Below are positions 41,568-53,769 of a stretch of DNA of 64,000 nucleotides, in pieces. Source of the stretch: Macrostomum lignano (lineage: Eukaryota); NCBI GenBank assembly GCA_002269645.1, contig NIVC01000991.1, positions 62,001 to 126,000 of the forward strand, given 5' to 3'. The position numbers and the translations under genes are program-made. Each line of letters begins with the position of its first letter. Position 1 is the first letter of the stretch. The notes under the pieces are model-generated. The model was not told where the DNA came from and did not search any database. It saw only the letters and a list, made by a program, of their open reading frames with translations.

Positions 41568-42324
41568 TGTCCTAAGCTATACTTAATTGACGCATTAGAA
41601 CTGAGCAGAGTAATTTTTATAGCGTTTAAACAGGAAACTTTAAGCAGCGTATTTTCAGGTTTCGTGCCTCTGACGCTTCTGAGAATTGCCTCAGCGCTGG
41701 TTGTGGGGGACGATGCAACCGAAGGCGTTGTGGTCCCGCGCAGGGACTTACAGGGGAGAGTGGAAGACTCAGGCTCTTTATAACAGGCGATGCAAGTCAC
41801 TCGGGAAGGGAGATAATGCAATTACAATGCATGCTATTAGTTACTTCCTTTCACTCAAATTGATCTACCAAGATATAGAAAAGAAGAAGACAGTGAAAAC
41901 ACAGACCAACAACAGCTGTATGTGTCAATCAGTCGATTTACTTTGAAATTAGGATAACTTTGACAAATATTTTCTGCAAAGCTGACTTCAAATTTGTCTT
42001 TGTTTTGTATGATTATTTATTTAATAAGCAATGTTGTCAAACAAAACTACAGAAAGTGGGAACGAGTTCTGGAATCAGAATGCCATACAGACAGACAATT
42101 TAAGCAGCATATCAAAGAATGCGCAGTGACATCAAAGGTCAGTGTCTCAAGAACGAAACTTGCAACAATTTATTTTTATCACTTTTTTAGAACCCCCACT
42201 GTGCTACTGATACATATGAGTAGTAGCGTGCAACAGCAAACACCGTAAAAATGATTCAGAGAGAATTAACAGCGCAACCAGTTTTGCTGCACTGCGAATG
42301 TGTCAAGAACTGAATCTGACCCAA

Positions 42325-42680
42325 GGCGGGCACACGAACTGAGGATCTGGGAGGCGGGCACACGAACTGAGGATCTGGGAGGCTGGCCCAGCAACTGAGG
42401 ATCTGGGAGGCTGGCCCAGCAACTGAGGATCTGGGAGGCTGGCTCAGCAACTGAGGATCTGGGAGGCTGGCCCACCAACTGAGGATCTGGGAGGCTGGCC
42501 CACCAACTGAGGATCTGGGAGGCTGGCCCAGCAACTGAGGATCTGAGAGGCTGGCCCAGCAGTTGAAGATCTGAGAGGCTGGCCCAGCAACTGAGGATCT
42601 GGGAGGCTGGCCCAGCAACTGAGGATCTGGGAGGCTGGCCCAGCAATTAAGATCTGCGAGGCTGGCCCAGCAACTGAGAG
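42325..42680. repeat. 28-bp minisatellite (GCAACTGAGGATCTGGGAGGCTGGCCCA)n
   Basis: Read directly. Confidence 0.93.
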
Positions 42681-43711
42681 GATTAAGATGAATTCTGATA
42701 AAATTTAAAGTATCTTAGACCAAAGCCTGGCGCAGCAACACTGGTGCATGAGCGTACAGTACAGGTGAGTCGAAGCAGAAATGAATAGTGGCATGGATCA
42801 ACGGTGTAAAAACAAATTTAAACAGTTTCCATTACAAACAAATCATAGATAAGAAACAAAAATTGATGCTATATTTTCCAATAAGAGATTTACTTTTAAT
42901 AAAAGTAAATTTTAATTCAGTAAGTTCATTTTTGTCCTAGTAACGCGATAATGAAGACAGACACAGCTATACTGTTAACGTGCAGAAATCAAATATAAAA
43001 TTACAAATACAAAATCCATAGGCTTTTAAATTAGAGTCACAGTTCAAATTATCGACTAAACAGACAAACTCAGTTTAAGTTATAAGCAACCAATACAGAT
43101 AAATTTTATAAACGTACTTTTATATATGCACTTTCGTATATGTTCTTTTTCCATATGTACTTTTCAAACAAAGTCAACTTAAATGAGACGCAACTAAGCA
43201 CAAACAAATTTACATGAAATGATGATTTTAAGCAAACAATTTCAACCCGAAATAATTAATTAGATGGTACAAAATAAAGAAAACTGATATTCATATGTAC
43301 ACGCAGTCGGATGCGCAAATACCTGTTCCTAAAACTAATTTTGGATACGCCATACACACTGCATGGATAAACAGGCTTAACTATAAACATAACTTACATT
43401 CCCAAGTTGCATAGCTGTACAGAGCCACAATTTCAGGCGCTAGTAAAAGTAGACAGAGTGGTACATCTAGCATGCTTTCGATCTTCATATTATAAGGATA
43501 GATAAATACAGATAGAGTACACAAAAAATGATTTCGATTAAGTTAAAGATTGACACCAAGAAAAATCGATCTTGGCATTAACTGGAAGGGCTGGTCTTGC
43601 CAGTCTACTGTCAGAGACAAAATAGAAAAGCAAGAGAGTTAAGAGAGAACGGTAAGAACGGTCAGAGTGTACTTTTTCAAGCGGAAGAGAGAGTGAAAGA
43701 GAAGATAGGAA

Positions 43712-44100
43712 GGGGAGACGAAGGGGGGAGACGGAGGGGGAGACGGAGGGGGAGACGGGGAGACGGAGGGAGAGACGGAGGGAGAGACACAGGGGGAGAC
43801 GGAGGGGGAGACGGAGGGAGAGACGGAGGGAGAGACGGAGGGGGAGACGGAGGGGGAGACGGAGGGAGAGACGCAGGGGGAGACGGAGGGAGAGACGCAG
43901 GGGAGACGGAGGGAGAGACGGAGGGGGAGACGGAGGGGAGACGGAGGGGGAGACGGAGGGAGAGACGCAGGGGGAGACGGAGGGAGAGACGCAGGGGGAG
44001 ACGGAGGGAGAGACGCAGGGGGAGACGGAGGGAGAGACGCAGGGGGAGACGGAGGGAGAGACGCAGGGGGAGACGGAGAGGGAGACGGAGGGAGAGACGC
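43712..44100. repeat. 12-bp G-rich repeat (GGAGGGAGAGAC / GCAGGGGGAGAC)n
   Basis: Read directly. Confidence 0.93.
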
Positions 44101-45128
44101 TAAGGATGCACAATGGTCATCGGTAAGAACGAGGACACAATCTATAAGCTTAATTTTGCAAGAAGATCAGTTAAAACAAACATTTTTAAAGTATTTTATT
44201 AAAGACGACACAATATTAGCGGACAAAGAACTTTGGAGCATGGAATAAAGAAAATAAAACGAAAGAAAGAAAACTAATTGAGGGAAAGACAGACTGAGAA
44301 GAGGGATAGTCAGACAAACATGCTAGAGGTAGTTAATAATAATATTAATAATTTATACATATATGACCACACAAGAACACAAAGAGGCCTAGATTATTGA
44401 AAAGAAATTCAATAAGTTAACTCAAAAGCTTGAATAATTTAAGAATTTTTTTGATAAAGTATTACTAATAGTATTACTATAGTATTAATATTTAGGAAAC
44501 GCACATTAACGCCGCTTAATAAAAGTTATCAGGGACACAGATAATACATAGCTTGACTTTCTTTCGCACTACTTTTAGTACCAAATTAGCAAAATTGATA
44601 GAAAATTTATTTTTAGGTTGATTCCAATGAACCAATTTAATTGCGTATTTTATAATGCCATACTGAAATTATACCTAGGTAGCTTAATGTTATACAGGCA
44701 CTTGATGACACCTTCGTCGCACCGCCTTTAATTAGCACCTCTAATTTCTACTTATTACGACAGATACCAGAATAATCAGATATTAGAGTTAGATAAATTG
44801 TGCTAAAGTACTACTTTTTCAGTAGCTAAATTAACGCTTTTTGTCGATTATTGAATCAATGAATTTAACAAGGTTTATTTAAATATTTTGAAGCTGCAAT
44901 AGTCGCCTCGAGTTTTCTACAACCAGACCATTAAACTAGCATCTTTAACGATTTCAGACTGCTTCAGGCTCTAAGTATTCATTAAAAAATAAATTAATTT
45001 AAGACGGAAGATTTCAGGAAAACTTGAAGCCAAATCCAGTGCATAGCGAGCAAGAGAGAAAGGAGATGGCGCTTAAGCCCCCCAGCCAGGCCGATAAACA
45101 ATTTGGCTTTCCTCTTGCCTGCTTGTGT

Positions 45129-45425
45129 CTGACTTTAACCTCTCTCCTTGCTACTCTCTCATTGGCTGAGCCAGAATGGGCCGGCCACCTAGACTGACTT
45201 CCGTCCGTCTGACTTTAATCTCTTTCCTTACTGCTCTCTCATTGGCTGAGCTAGATTGGGCCTGCCCCGTAAGCTGAGTTTCGTCCGTCTGACTTTAATC
45301 TCTCTCCTTACTGCTCTCTCATTGGCTGAGCCAGAATGGGCCTGCCCCTTAGGCTGAGTTTCGTCCGTCTGACTTTGCCTCTCTCTTTACTGCTCTCTCA
45401 TTGGCTGAGCCAGATTAGGCCTGCC
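45129..45425. repeat. 80-bp tandem repeat, about 3.7 copies, each containing CTCATTGGCTG (reverse CCAAT box)
   Basis: CTGACTTT starts at 45129, 45209, 45289 and 45369. Confidence 0.9.
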
Positions 45426-45814
45426 TCCTTCAGACGATTGAGTTCAATTGTGTACATCGAGTTAAATGCTTGCTGTTTGTTCTTAACCCCATATGCTGCG
45501 GAGGCTCGAGGAAGGAAAGGAAATTTCATCTGCTACATCAAATTAAAGTGACAGTGTGTAGACAAACTACTGAAAAAGAGTGTTAATAGACGCTCTACTT
45601 TTTTACAACTTCAATTGCAAGTGACAGATCTGGTTATTCTAAAACCTGTGGCTGTCGCATGCATATTATCTGTGTATAGCGATAATTTAGTGAAGATTTC
45701 AGATTCTCACAGTAAGCAAGTTGAAGTAACCAATGGTTACCAAAGAGACAGTAGGGGGGGAGGATAAAGGGAATGCTACAAACAATGACTGAGGGAGAGG
45801 GGTTGGGTGACAAC

Positions 45815-48800
45815 TCATGATGCTCGATTCGATGCCGCAGAGGCGCCGTTTTGACGCGTCGGTGGCGGCGGCTGCTGCGTCACATCGGCTGCCGGAGCGT
45901 CAGCATCCTCTGAATCGTCGGTGTCGCAGTCGTCTCCATAATCGTCATAATCGTCATAGTGATAGTCGTAGGCATTGTGCTGGTCCTCGATGTCAACGCC
46001 GCTAGTCTGCCTGACAACGTAGTCTTCCACTCTTGTGGGCACCACAACACCGTCAGCCTCGGCATCTCGACGGGTGCTCTCCACCTGCTTGCTGCACCGG
46101 GTTTTAAGGCGGAGTTAGGCGGTTAAAAGTGATTGCGTCTGAATCGAAGTGAGAGTTGGCATTCTGAGACGAAATTCACGCTGGGAAAGGGTCTGACCTT
46201 CTATGGTAGGTTTGGGGATGGTCTGACCTTCCATGGTAGGCTTGGGGATGGTCTGACCTTCCATGGTAGGCTTGGGGATGGTCTGACCTTCTATGGTAGG
46301 TTTGGGAATGGTCTGACCTATGGTAAGTTTGGGGAGGGTCTGACCTTCTATGGTAGGCTTGGGGAGGGTCTGACCTATGGTAAGTTTGGGGAGGGTCTGA
46401 CCTTCTATGGTAGGCTTGGGGAGGGTCTGACCTTGTATGGTAGGTTTGGGAATGGTCTGACCTATGGTAAGTTTGGGGAGGGTCTGACCTTCTATGGTAG
46501 GCTTGGGGAGGGTCTGACCTTCTATGGTAAGGTTTGGGGAGGTTCTGACCTTCTATGGTAGGTTTTGGGAGGGTCTGACCTTCTATGGTAGGCTTGGGGA
46601 GGGTCTGACCTTCTATGGTAGGCTTGGGGAGGGTCTGACCTATGGTAGGCTTCGAAAGGGTCTGACCTTCTATGGTAGGTTTGGGAATGGTCTGACCTTC
46701 TATGGTAGGTTTGGGGAGGGTCTGACCTTCTATGGTAGGTTTGGGGAGGGTCTGACCTTCTATGGTAGGTTTGGGGAGGGTCTGACCTATGGTAGGTTTT
46801 GAAAGGGTTTGACCTACTATGGTAGGGTTGAAGACGGTCTGACTTATGATATGGTTTGACCTTTTTGCCCCACTTACGCAACAATTTTCACATAGTCGTC
46901 GCTCTTGTTTTCTTTCCATTTTCGAAACATGACCGACGCGTCAACATTAGCCGGCGAAGATGTGTTGGGCTCGTTTAGGAGGGAAATAACACTGAGTAGT
47001 ATAGTGCGCACATTCTGCGTTGGATTCCACCGTTCCGAGGGCAGCTCACCGCTGGCTGGGTCATCGCCAGGCGGATGCAAAATTGAGATGCACACCTTGC
47101 CGTCCTGGAAGCCAATTAAACTGTGTTAGATTTGACATCGGGTTTGATGTTTTGTGTCACTCTATTATTTAAAAGCTACAGCCTACCGCCCATTATGTCT
47201 TCGCATTTCCGTCTTAGTGCTGTCTGTATCTGGCTGTTTGATGTCTGTCTGTCTGCCTCTGTCTATCTGTATCTGCCTACCTGTGTCTGTCTGTCTGTCT
47301 GTCTGTCTGCCTGCCTGCCTGTCCATCTGGCAGCCAAAAGAATGAAATAAGGCTACTTACATCATAAATGTTAGGATGAAACATCTTCGAAATGAAGGAG
47401 ATTGAAGGCGGCGAGTATGGATAGTCCATAGGAAACACCATTGAGGCCTAAAAGTGTTAAGCAGTATTTTATATATTATATCTATGCTTACCTATATGAA
47501 TTATTAATAATACCAACCTTCACCTATTGATGGATCAATGAAAAATAATTACTGGTAATTTAAGCGAATTGAATAGTCAACTAGCCTAAAGAAGAAAAAT
47601 AGCACTGCTAATATTATTAATATCAATATCAATAGTAGTGCAACCAGAAATTTGTTGAAGGGGACGTAGATTCTAGAAGGTAAAGACCAAAAAAGGGTAG
47701 AGAGGGTGGCTTTGTTTTTAGTGAAAATTTGCTTGGTGCCCACTTGATTTTTTTAGGTCTCTACCTAAGGGGAGGGGTGATTGCTTCCTATTTCCTTTCT
47801 GGTTGCACCACTAAACAGTAACAATCAAGCAGTAAATTTTGTATTCAAAAATGGATCCAAATTTTATATATAAAATAATCAGAAAAATGAACTTTCTCTC
47901 CTTTAATATAATATCTATTTTTATAATTTATTAAATGCTTTATATACCCTGTGACACCAAACACATTCTGTTATTATTTATATAACAAAAGAAGCTAAAG
48001 ATTTTGCCATTGAGAAAGAGATTAAATTTACAAAAATGTCTATTTTGTATAATTGTAGGCCTACAATAAAATTTTATTTAAAATGACAAAAATGTTATAT
48101 AGGCATTTTTCCTCTCTACCTATAAATCCCACCACTGCTACAAAGGTTTATTGTTCCCTCTTAGAAATTCCACTAATGCTACCAAGTTGTTACAAGGTTT
48201 ACTTCTCTTCATTAAAATTCTTACCAAAGTTGTGAAAGGGCTTACTTTGTCTCATGTTGTTGCCACCAATACTGTTCTAATTCTAATATAGATTTATTAT
48301 CCTAACTTTTAATTTCACAGAATCAGTTTAAGTAATATTTTTAGTGTTAATCTAAGTTTTAATCTGAGCATTTATTTAAGCATAGGTTAAGTATTGATCC
48401 AAGTATATATGTGAGTATTAGTTTAAGAATTATTCTTCTTAGTATATATTTTGAGTATTTAATTAAACCCTCATAGGCAGCATTCTACTGTTATTCTAGT
48501 AGCATTCTATTGTTATTTTGGCCTGAGCAATATATAGTCTACTGGTATATGTACTGCATATATTTCTAGTCTTGGGCATTACTGAGATCAGTGGGTCATA
48601 GCCTCTAGTACCTTATATGTACTGTTAGGATCTACTTTGTATTCTTTTACTCAACACTTCTGCTTCTCAGTGGTATATACTGTATATGCTTCAATGTACT
48701 TCACCTCACTTTAGAAAATGAATTAACTTGGAAAACATACTTTAAATATATTGACTTAGAATTCTTCTTCCTTAATCACTATTAACTGTTTTTCTTAATA

Positions 48801-51800
48801 TACTGCAGTGAGTGCAAGTTGCTTTTTCTTCTGCTAGAATTGTATCTATTTATACTGGGTGAACACTTAAAATCTGGACGTCTCTAAATGTTTATATTTC
48901 GTGGCGTTATAAACAGGATAACTAAACTTTTTAACAGGAAAGTATTCAACAAGAAACAGGAATCATCATAGAGTTAACAATAAGCCGATTAAAAGCCATC
49001 AGTGCGCGCCCTGCGAATCTGCGACTTGACCTGTCCCATCATGTGATGTACAACGGACCAGTCCATCTCCCTCAGGCATTTCTTGATTCTGTTCTCCAGC
49101 TGCTGAAGTGTCTGAGCCTGCCAACTATGATGGTACACCTGCTGCTTCAAAATGCCCCAAAAGTGCTTGATTGGATGGTGAGGCACGCAGGGAGGATTCT
49201 GCTCCTTTGAGACAAAGTTGATGTCCAGCTGCTGGAACACCTCGATCACGTCCTTGGCGTAATGGCAGGAGGCCAGATCTGGCCAGAACAGGTAATTTCC
49301 ATCGCTGTGCTGCTCATTGAGAAATGGCACCAGCCGCTTGCGAATGCACTCGTTTGCGTACAGCTCCTTGTTCATCGTCTTGGAGTGACACATGTACACT
49401 TGCGAAGCCCCGTGCCTGCTGATGGCCAGCCACACCAGGATCTTGTCGCCGAACTTCTTTTGAGGTGAAACGCGCTTCTCAACAGGAGCGTCGCCGCGCG
49501 CAGTGGCATAGTAGAAGCTGTTGCCAGGAATCGTTTGGCTGGACATGTGGAAGTACGACTCATCATCGATGACGAGATCTAAGTCGCCTCCGCGTCTGTC
49601 CAAGATGGTTCGGTACAGTCTGCCAACACGCACCTGCTGTCTCTCTCGCTGCTGATCAGTAACCGCTGGTACTTTCTCCTTCTTATAAGCTTTCAGGCCA
49701 TTTTCCTGAAGAATTTTCCCCACATAAGCTTGGCTGATGTCAAACTTGCGCGCGATCTCCTGCTGCGACAGTCCTTGTTGCGCATCCTTCACAATGTTCT
49801 TCACTTCCGCGTTCGTGACCTTGAGCTCCGTCCTGTGGTAGCCTGAACCAGCACTGCGCAGCACAGATTCTTCGCTGCCTTCTTTGTAACGATTCAAAAT
49901 GGTGTAGACTGTGGAGCATGCCACCCCAACCTCAGCGAAGTACTTAGCAATGGCATGGTTGCTCTGTCCGGGGTGCTCAGTTTTGTACTGTACAACCAGG
50001 CGTCTGCGCTGCTCTTCGTTAAGTGACTGCATGGCTCGTTAGGGTTTGAGCTGCTAGTTTTGCTGCTGCAGAACTGATAGCTAGTGAGTGTGAGAGCATC
50101 TCAGTAAGTTTCTGGCTTCATAGCAGCTAGCAGCCGCTGTCTATGGCCTAAACTCGGAAAGTCCAGATTTTAAGTGTTCATCCAGTATTAACTTTATTGA
50201 TGGTTTAAAACAAAAATTATTTTGCCAAAATATTACAGAAAATATGCATAGTCATATTGCCCAATACCCATCCGACCCGTCCGAACCAGTGGCTATAGCA
50301 AGCCCCCCTGAAATTTTTGCGCCAATACAAAAAAATTTGAGCTGTCAGTATATACATAGCCCAAAAAAACACTGGAGTGATTCTTTAAAAAAGGCATTAT
50401 ACTTAACAAAAATATGGAAAATTTTTATCATTCTTTGGCTAAATTCCACACTGTACCATAGGCAAAAAGTCTGCTCTTTTATAATGATCACGCACTCATA
50501 TATATTTTTATCAAAAAGATATTGACAGTCACAACACAGTTACGATGTCTAGCAATGTCTGCAAGTCTATGTACTACTTAGTGAGTAGTGACCAAAAATA
50601 CCCTTTTCATTATCTAGTATAACTTGTAAATCTAGTTCACAGATACTAAAACACTAGATAGTCCACTCCCTACCAATCTCTGCAGTGCAAACTAATGCTT
50701 CTTTATTTAGCCTACTCTTATTTGGGCATATGGAGTGCAAATTGATATTGAATTTAGTGATGAGTCATCAGATTTGTTGATGTTGGCCATAGACAAAAGC
50801 TTGGAACTAATAGAAACCCCTCTTTTCTGTGTAAAAAATCAAAAAATGTTTTTGAACATTTGAAAAATAAGTTATTTTTTTGCGCTTACTGCTGCTTTAA
50901 TTTTTTGCACCATGGTCAAATTTTTTGCATATTTGCGCCATTTTTGAGCCTGGAGCGAATTTGCAGCACAATATAGCCACTGGTCTAAACTAGATGGGTG
51001 AAATGGCTACCAGCCAAGGTAAGTCACAAAATCAAAAACAAAAAAACAAAAAATTAGGGGAAGAAAGAAAGAAGAAGAGAAAAGTAAAAGAAAGGAGGGA
51101 GAAGAGAGAGAGAAAGGAAAGAGAGAAAAAGAAAGAGAAAAAAACAAGAAAGGCAAGAAAAGTCATATACAAAGTGAAAATTAGGTCACAATTAGGGGAC
51201 CTAAGTTGCAATCAAGAGGAACTAAGTTGCAATTAGAAGGAACTAATTCAAAATCAAAAGAAACTAAGTTGCAAATCTAGACAAATTTTGAGGTTGGGCA
51301 TATGTGTGCAACATAACAAAAATGTTTTCTTAGACTTTAGGCATGAATTCAAATGGATCATATGGTTATTAATTTTTGTAAAAGCAATAGGGGGCTTCTT
51401 ATTCAATAAATATAAAAGCTAAAAAGCCAACATAATAATAAAGAGTAATAAAAAGATATTTTTCTAATAAAATCTAGACTACTATAATATAGATTTGATA
51501 TATAGGGCTATACTCTAGTCCTAGTTCTTGGCTTAGATAGGTTTCAAATTTACTAGCTATATTGTTTAGACCTAAATTTTTCATATCCAGAAAATAAACT
51601 AAGGGTAAAGCCAAGGTTAGGTGCTAACTAAATGGATGCTTTTTAATTAACAATTATAATACCACGATAGGCCAGTAGTTAATTCATATCTAGGCCCAAA
51701 TAAAGTTAACATAATAGCTTTAGGTTGGTTCACATAATCTTGACTTAATTGAAGACTTGGTTAGTTTGGTAAATTATGCAATGCAAAGGCAGCAATGCAA

Positions 51801-52045
51801 ATAACATTAACAAACAAGTATCAAAATTGAACAGAAGCATTTAAACCATAATTTTATTGTCATACCTTGAAATATCCTCCCTGATAAAGAGTTCCAGGTG
51901 GGCCAAAAATGGCAACGTCCCATTCAAATATATTGTCCTCATCTTTAAGCTTTACTTTGAACCCTTCGACCGGCTCATCATTTAGACTTTTGAGCTCCTG
52001 TTGTAAAGCTCTGACAGCACTTGAATGAGGATGTCTACCAGCCAT
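45815..52045 (-). CDS. CDC34: Ubiquitin-conjugating enzyme E2, CDC34/UBE2R family, 256 aa
   Basis: Exons 51866-52045, 47361-47447, 46878-47104, 45815-46091 (GT-AG, phases 0/0/2, 771 nt). [16 protein letters not shown] active site, CDC34-type acidic-loop insertion [29 protein letters not shown] motif and acidic C-terminal tail. Confidence 0.96.
46190..46860. repeat. 30/27-bp minisatellite (CTGACCTTCTATGGTAGGTTTGGGGAGGGT)n in CDC34 intron 3
   Basis: Read directly. Confidence 0.95.
48855..50185 (-). mobile_element. Complete Tc1/mariner-superfamily DNA transposon (DD37E-like), 1331 bp, in CDC34 intron 1
   Basis: 25-bp TIRs CTGG(G/A)TGAACACTTAAAATCTGGAC at 48855-48879 and 50161-50185 (1 mismatch), flanked by TA on both sides. 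Confidence 0.93.
48989..50032 (-). CDS. Tc1/mariner transposase, 347 aa, catalytic Glu replaced by Lys (probably inactive)
   Basis: N-terminal HTH pair; DDESYF (D1), WPDLASCHY (D2), [14 protein letters not shown] where PIE is expected. Confidence 0.9.
   Translation of the reverse strand: MQSLNEEQRRRLVVQYKTEHPGQSNHAIAKYFAEVGVACSTVYTILNRYKEGSEESVLRSAGSGYHRTELKVTNAEVKNIVKDAQQGLSQQEIARKFDISQAYVGKILQENGLKAYKKEKVPAVTDQQRERQQVRVGRLYRTILDRRGGDLDLVIDDESYFHMSSQTIPGNSFYYATARGDAPVEKRVSPQKKFGDKILVWLAISRHGASQVYMCHSKTMNKELYANECIRKRLVPFLNEQHSDGNYLFWPDLASCHYAKDVIEVFQQLDINFVSKEQNPPCVPHHPIKHFWGILKQQVYHHSWQAQTLQQLENRIKKCLREMDWSVVHHMMGQVKSQIRRARTDGF
50287..50982. mobile_element. Old non-autonomous hAT-type element (~700 bp)
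   Basis: Termini CAGTGGCTATA...TATAGCCACTG; flanking 8-mers GTCCGAAC and GTCTAAAC (6/8 match, decayed TSD). Confidence 0.6.
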
Positions 52046-53769
52046 GTCTTAAACTTTTTTGCTGAATGAATTGGTCTGACAACAACAAGCAAGAATACCT
52101 TTTATCTTTCTCTCAAGTGTTAGAGTGTTAAAGAGCAAAATAAATAAATACTTAAATGTTGATTGAACAATGTACGCGTCCGAAAGAGAAGTAAATTCTT
52201 TAATTTAGATCAGCTGATAAAATTTCCTAATAAAATTTTTTAAAAGGTTAAAAAATCAGTTAAAAGTTACTTTTGACTGTTTAGACTAATTAATTACTAG
52301 TTGGAATTTTACTTATATTACAAAAATAAGTAAACATTTGTTTTACTCGATGCTCCCGTGACAACAAAAGGCGCATGTGAATGAATATTTCGTAGCTTTT
52401 TACAAATAGCTAATTGATTGAACTCTCAAGTAAACTTACTACTTCTAGTAGTATAGGCTATGGGGTCTCGAAATATGACAAAATTAAAACGCAAACTGGG
52501 ATGTGGCAAGCGACATAAGTAAATATAATGCATAAATATGTTATTAATATGCAATATACCTACTGAATATACATCATGAAAAAGCATTAGCAATGGCAGC
52601 TGTTATTTGATGATTTTCGAATAAAAATCGAACTCTTAAACAAAGAAGCGATCATAGCAAGAAACTTTTACGAGGAAAGCTGACTGAAAGGTAAAAAATA
52701 CAAACTAAAATCCTTATAGTAGTTAACCTTTTGCAGACAGAATTGTAGACGCGACGACTCAAATGCCTGTTGTCTATTTTGGTTTAGAAACCTGGTTTTT
52801 GTTTAGGATTATATAGATTAGCTTTTTGAGAGCAGCAAATGCAATTGGATTCATGGAAAACATAGCCTAGAATGGCTACGTATTTATGATGGCATTATTG
52901 CACTCGACTCAAAAATATAACTCCGCTGATGCCAGCTCAGCAGCGGGGAAATCATCGCAGCTACAGGCTATACTGCATGTGTTCCAATCAGGATCGTTTT
53001 TCATTGCCTCCCAATCGTTTGATTGCTGCTAGGCAAAATTCAAGGCTTAATATCTAGTCTACATAGACCAACGGTGTACCTCAAAAGTCTAAATGGGATT
53101 CCCAAGTAAAATGGATAATCCTCTGTGTCTGTGCGCACCATCATGCAATTATGCCATTACATGCAGGTTAAGATTCCTCTTATTAGATAGAATTGTTCGT
53201 GCATCTCTCCCTGACTCTGCATTTGCTGTCAAATCAGCCGTGCGCTCATTTTAATAATTCAACTGGCTTGAAAAGAGCGCACACGCGTCAACTTAAAAGG
53301 GCCTATATAGCTAGTATAGCTTTGATCGCAGAGAGCGACGAGAAAAAGCCTTGAGAGCTCTAGGAGGGGTCGAGAAAGAGGTAGAGAGAGAGAGAAATAC
53401 TACGATCCAATAGCCAAGGAGCAAGAAAAGATCGCATAAAGCTATAGGGCCAACAGTTACTGAGAATGCATTAGCATTTGCGCGCGACTCAAGTGAGAGA
53501 GAGACAGACAGAAAGAGCCTGATTTCTATTGCCCTTAGCAACAGCGGTGAGAGAGGGAGAGAGAGAGAGAGAGAGTGGTTATACGAGCAGCTTTTACGCT
53601 GCTTAACCGTCTAAACTCGTACAGTGTAGCCGAAAAAAATTGTTTTTTTGATTCAAAGCTCGATAAAGACCAGATTCTATATAGTTTCTATAGGTTCCTG
53701 CAACACTTCAGTAGATCAAAAATCAAGTCATTTTAGAGACATTCAAGAGCCCGCGGCTTGCTTGTTGCC

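Noticed and set aside
41057-41821. 254-aa Pro-rich minus ORF (and 39415-39934, 40143-40538)
   Set aside because: These are antisense shadows of the Gly-rich plus-strand exons.
41660-42260. SECIS element for the in-frame UGA
   Set aside because: The hairpins at ~41670-41750 and the AUGA at ~42215 lack a proper AUGA/GA quartet with a paired 11-13-bp helix by eye. A computational search is still needed.
43538-44113. RGG/RE-rich and SP-rich ORFs
   Set aside because: Translations of a 12-bp repeat; the same applies to the ORFs over 1-1075, 10017-10621, 16385-16990, 17783-18648, 26883-27871, 42256-42646, 46133-46919 and 54053-55096.
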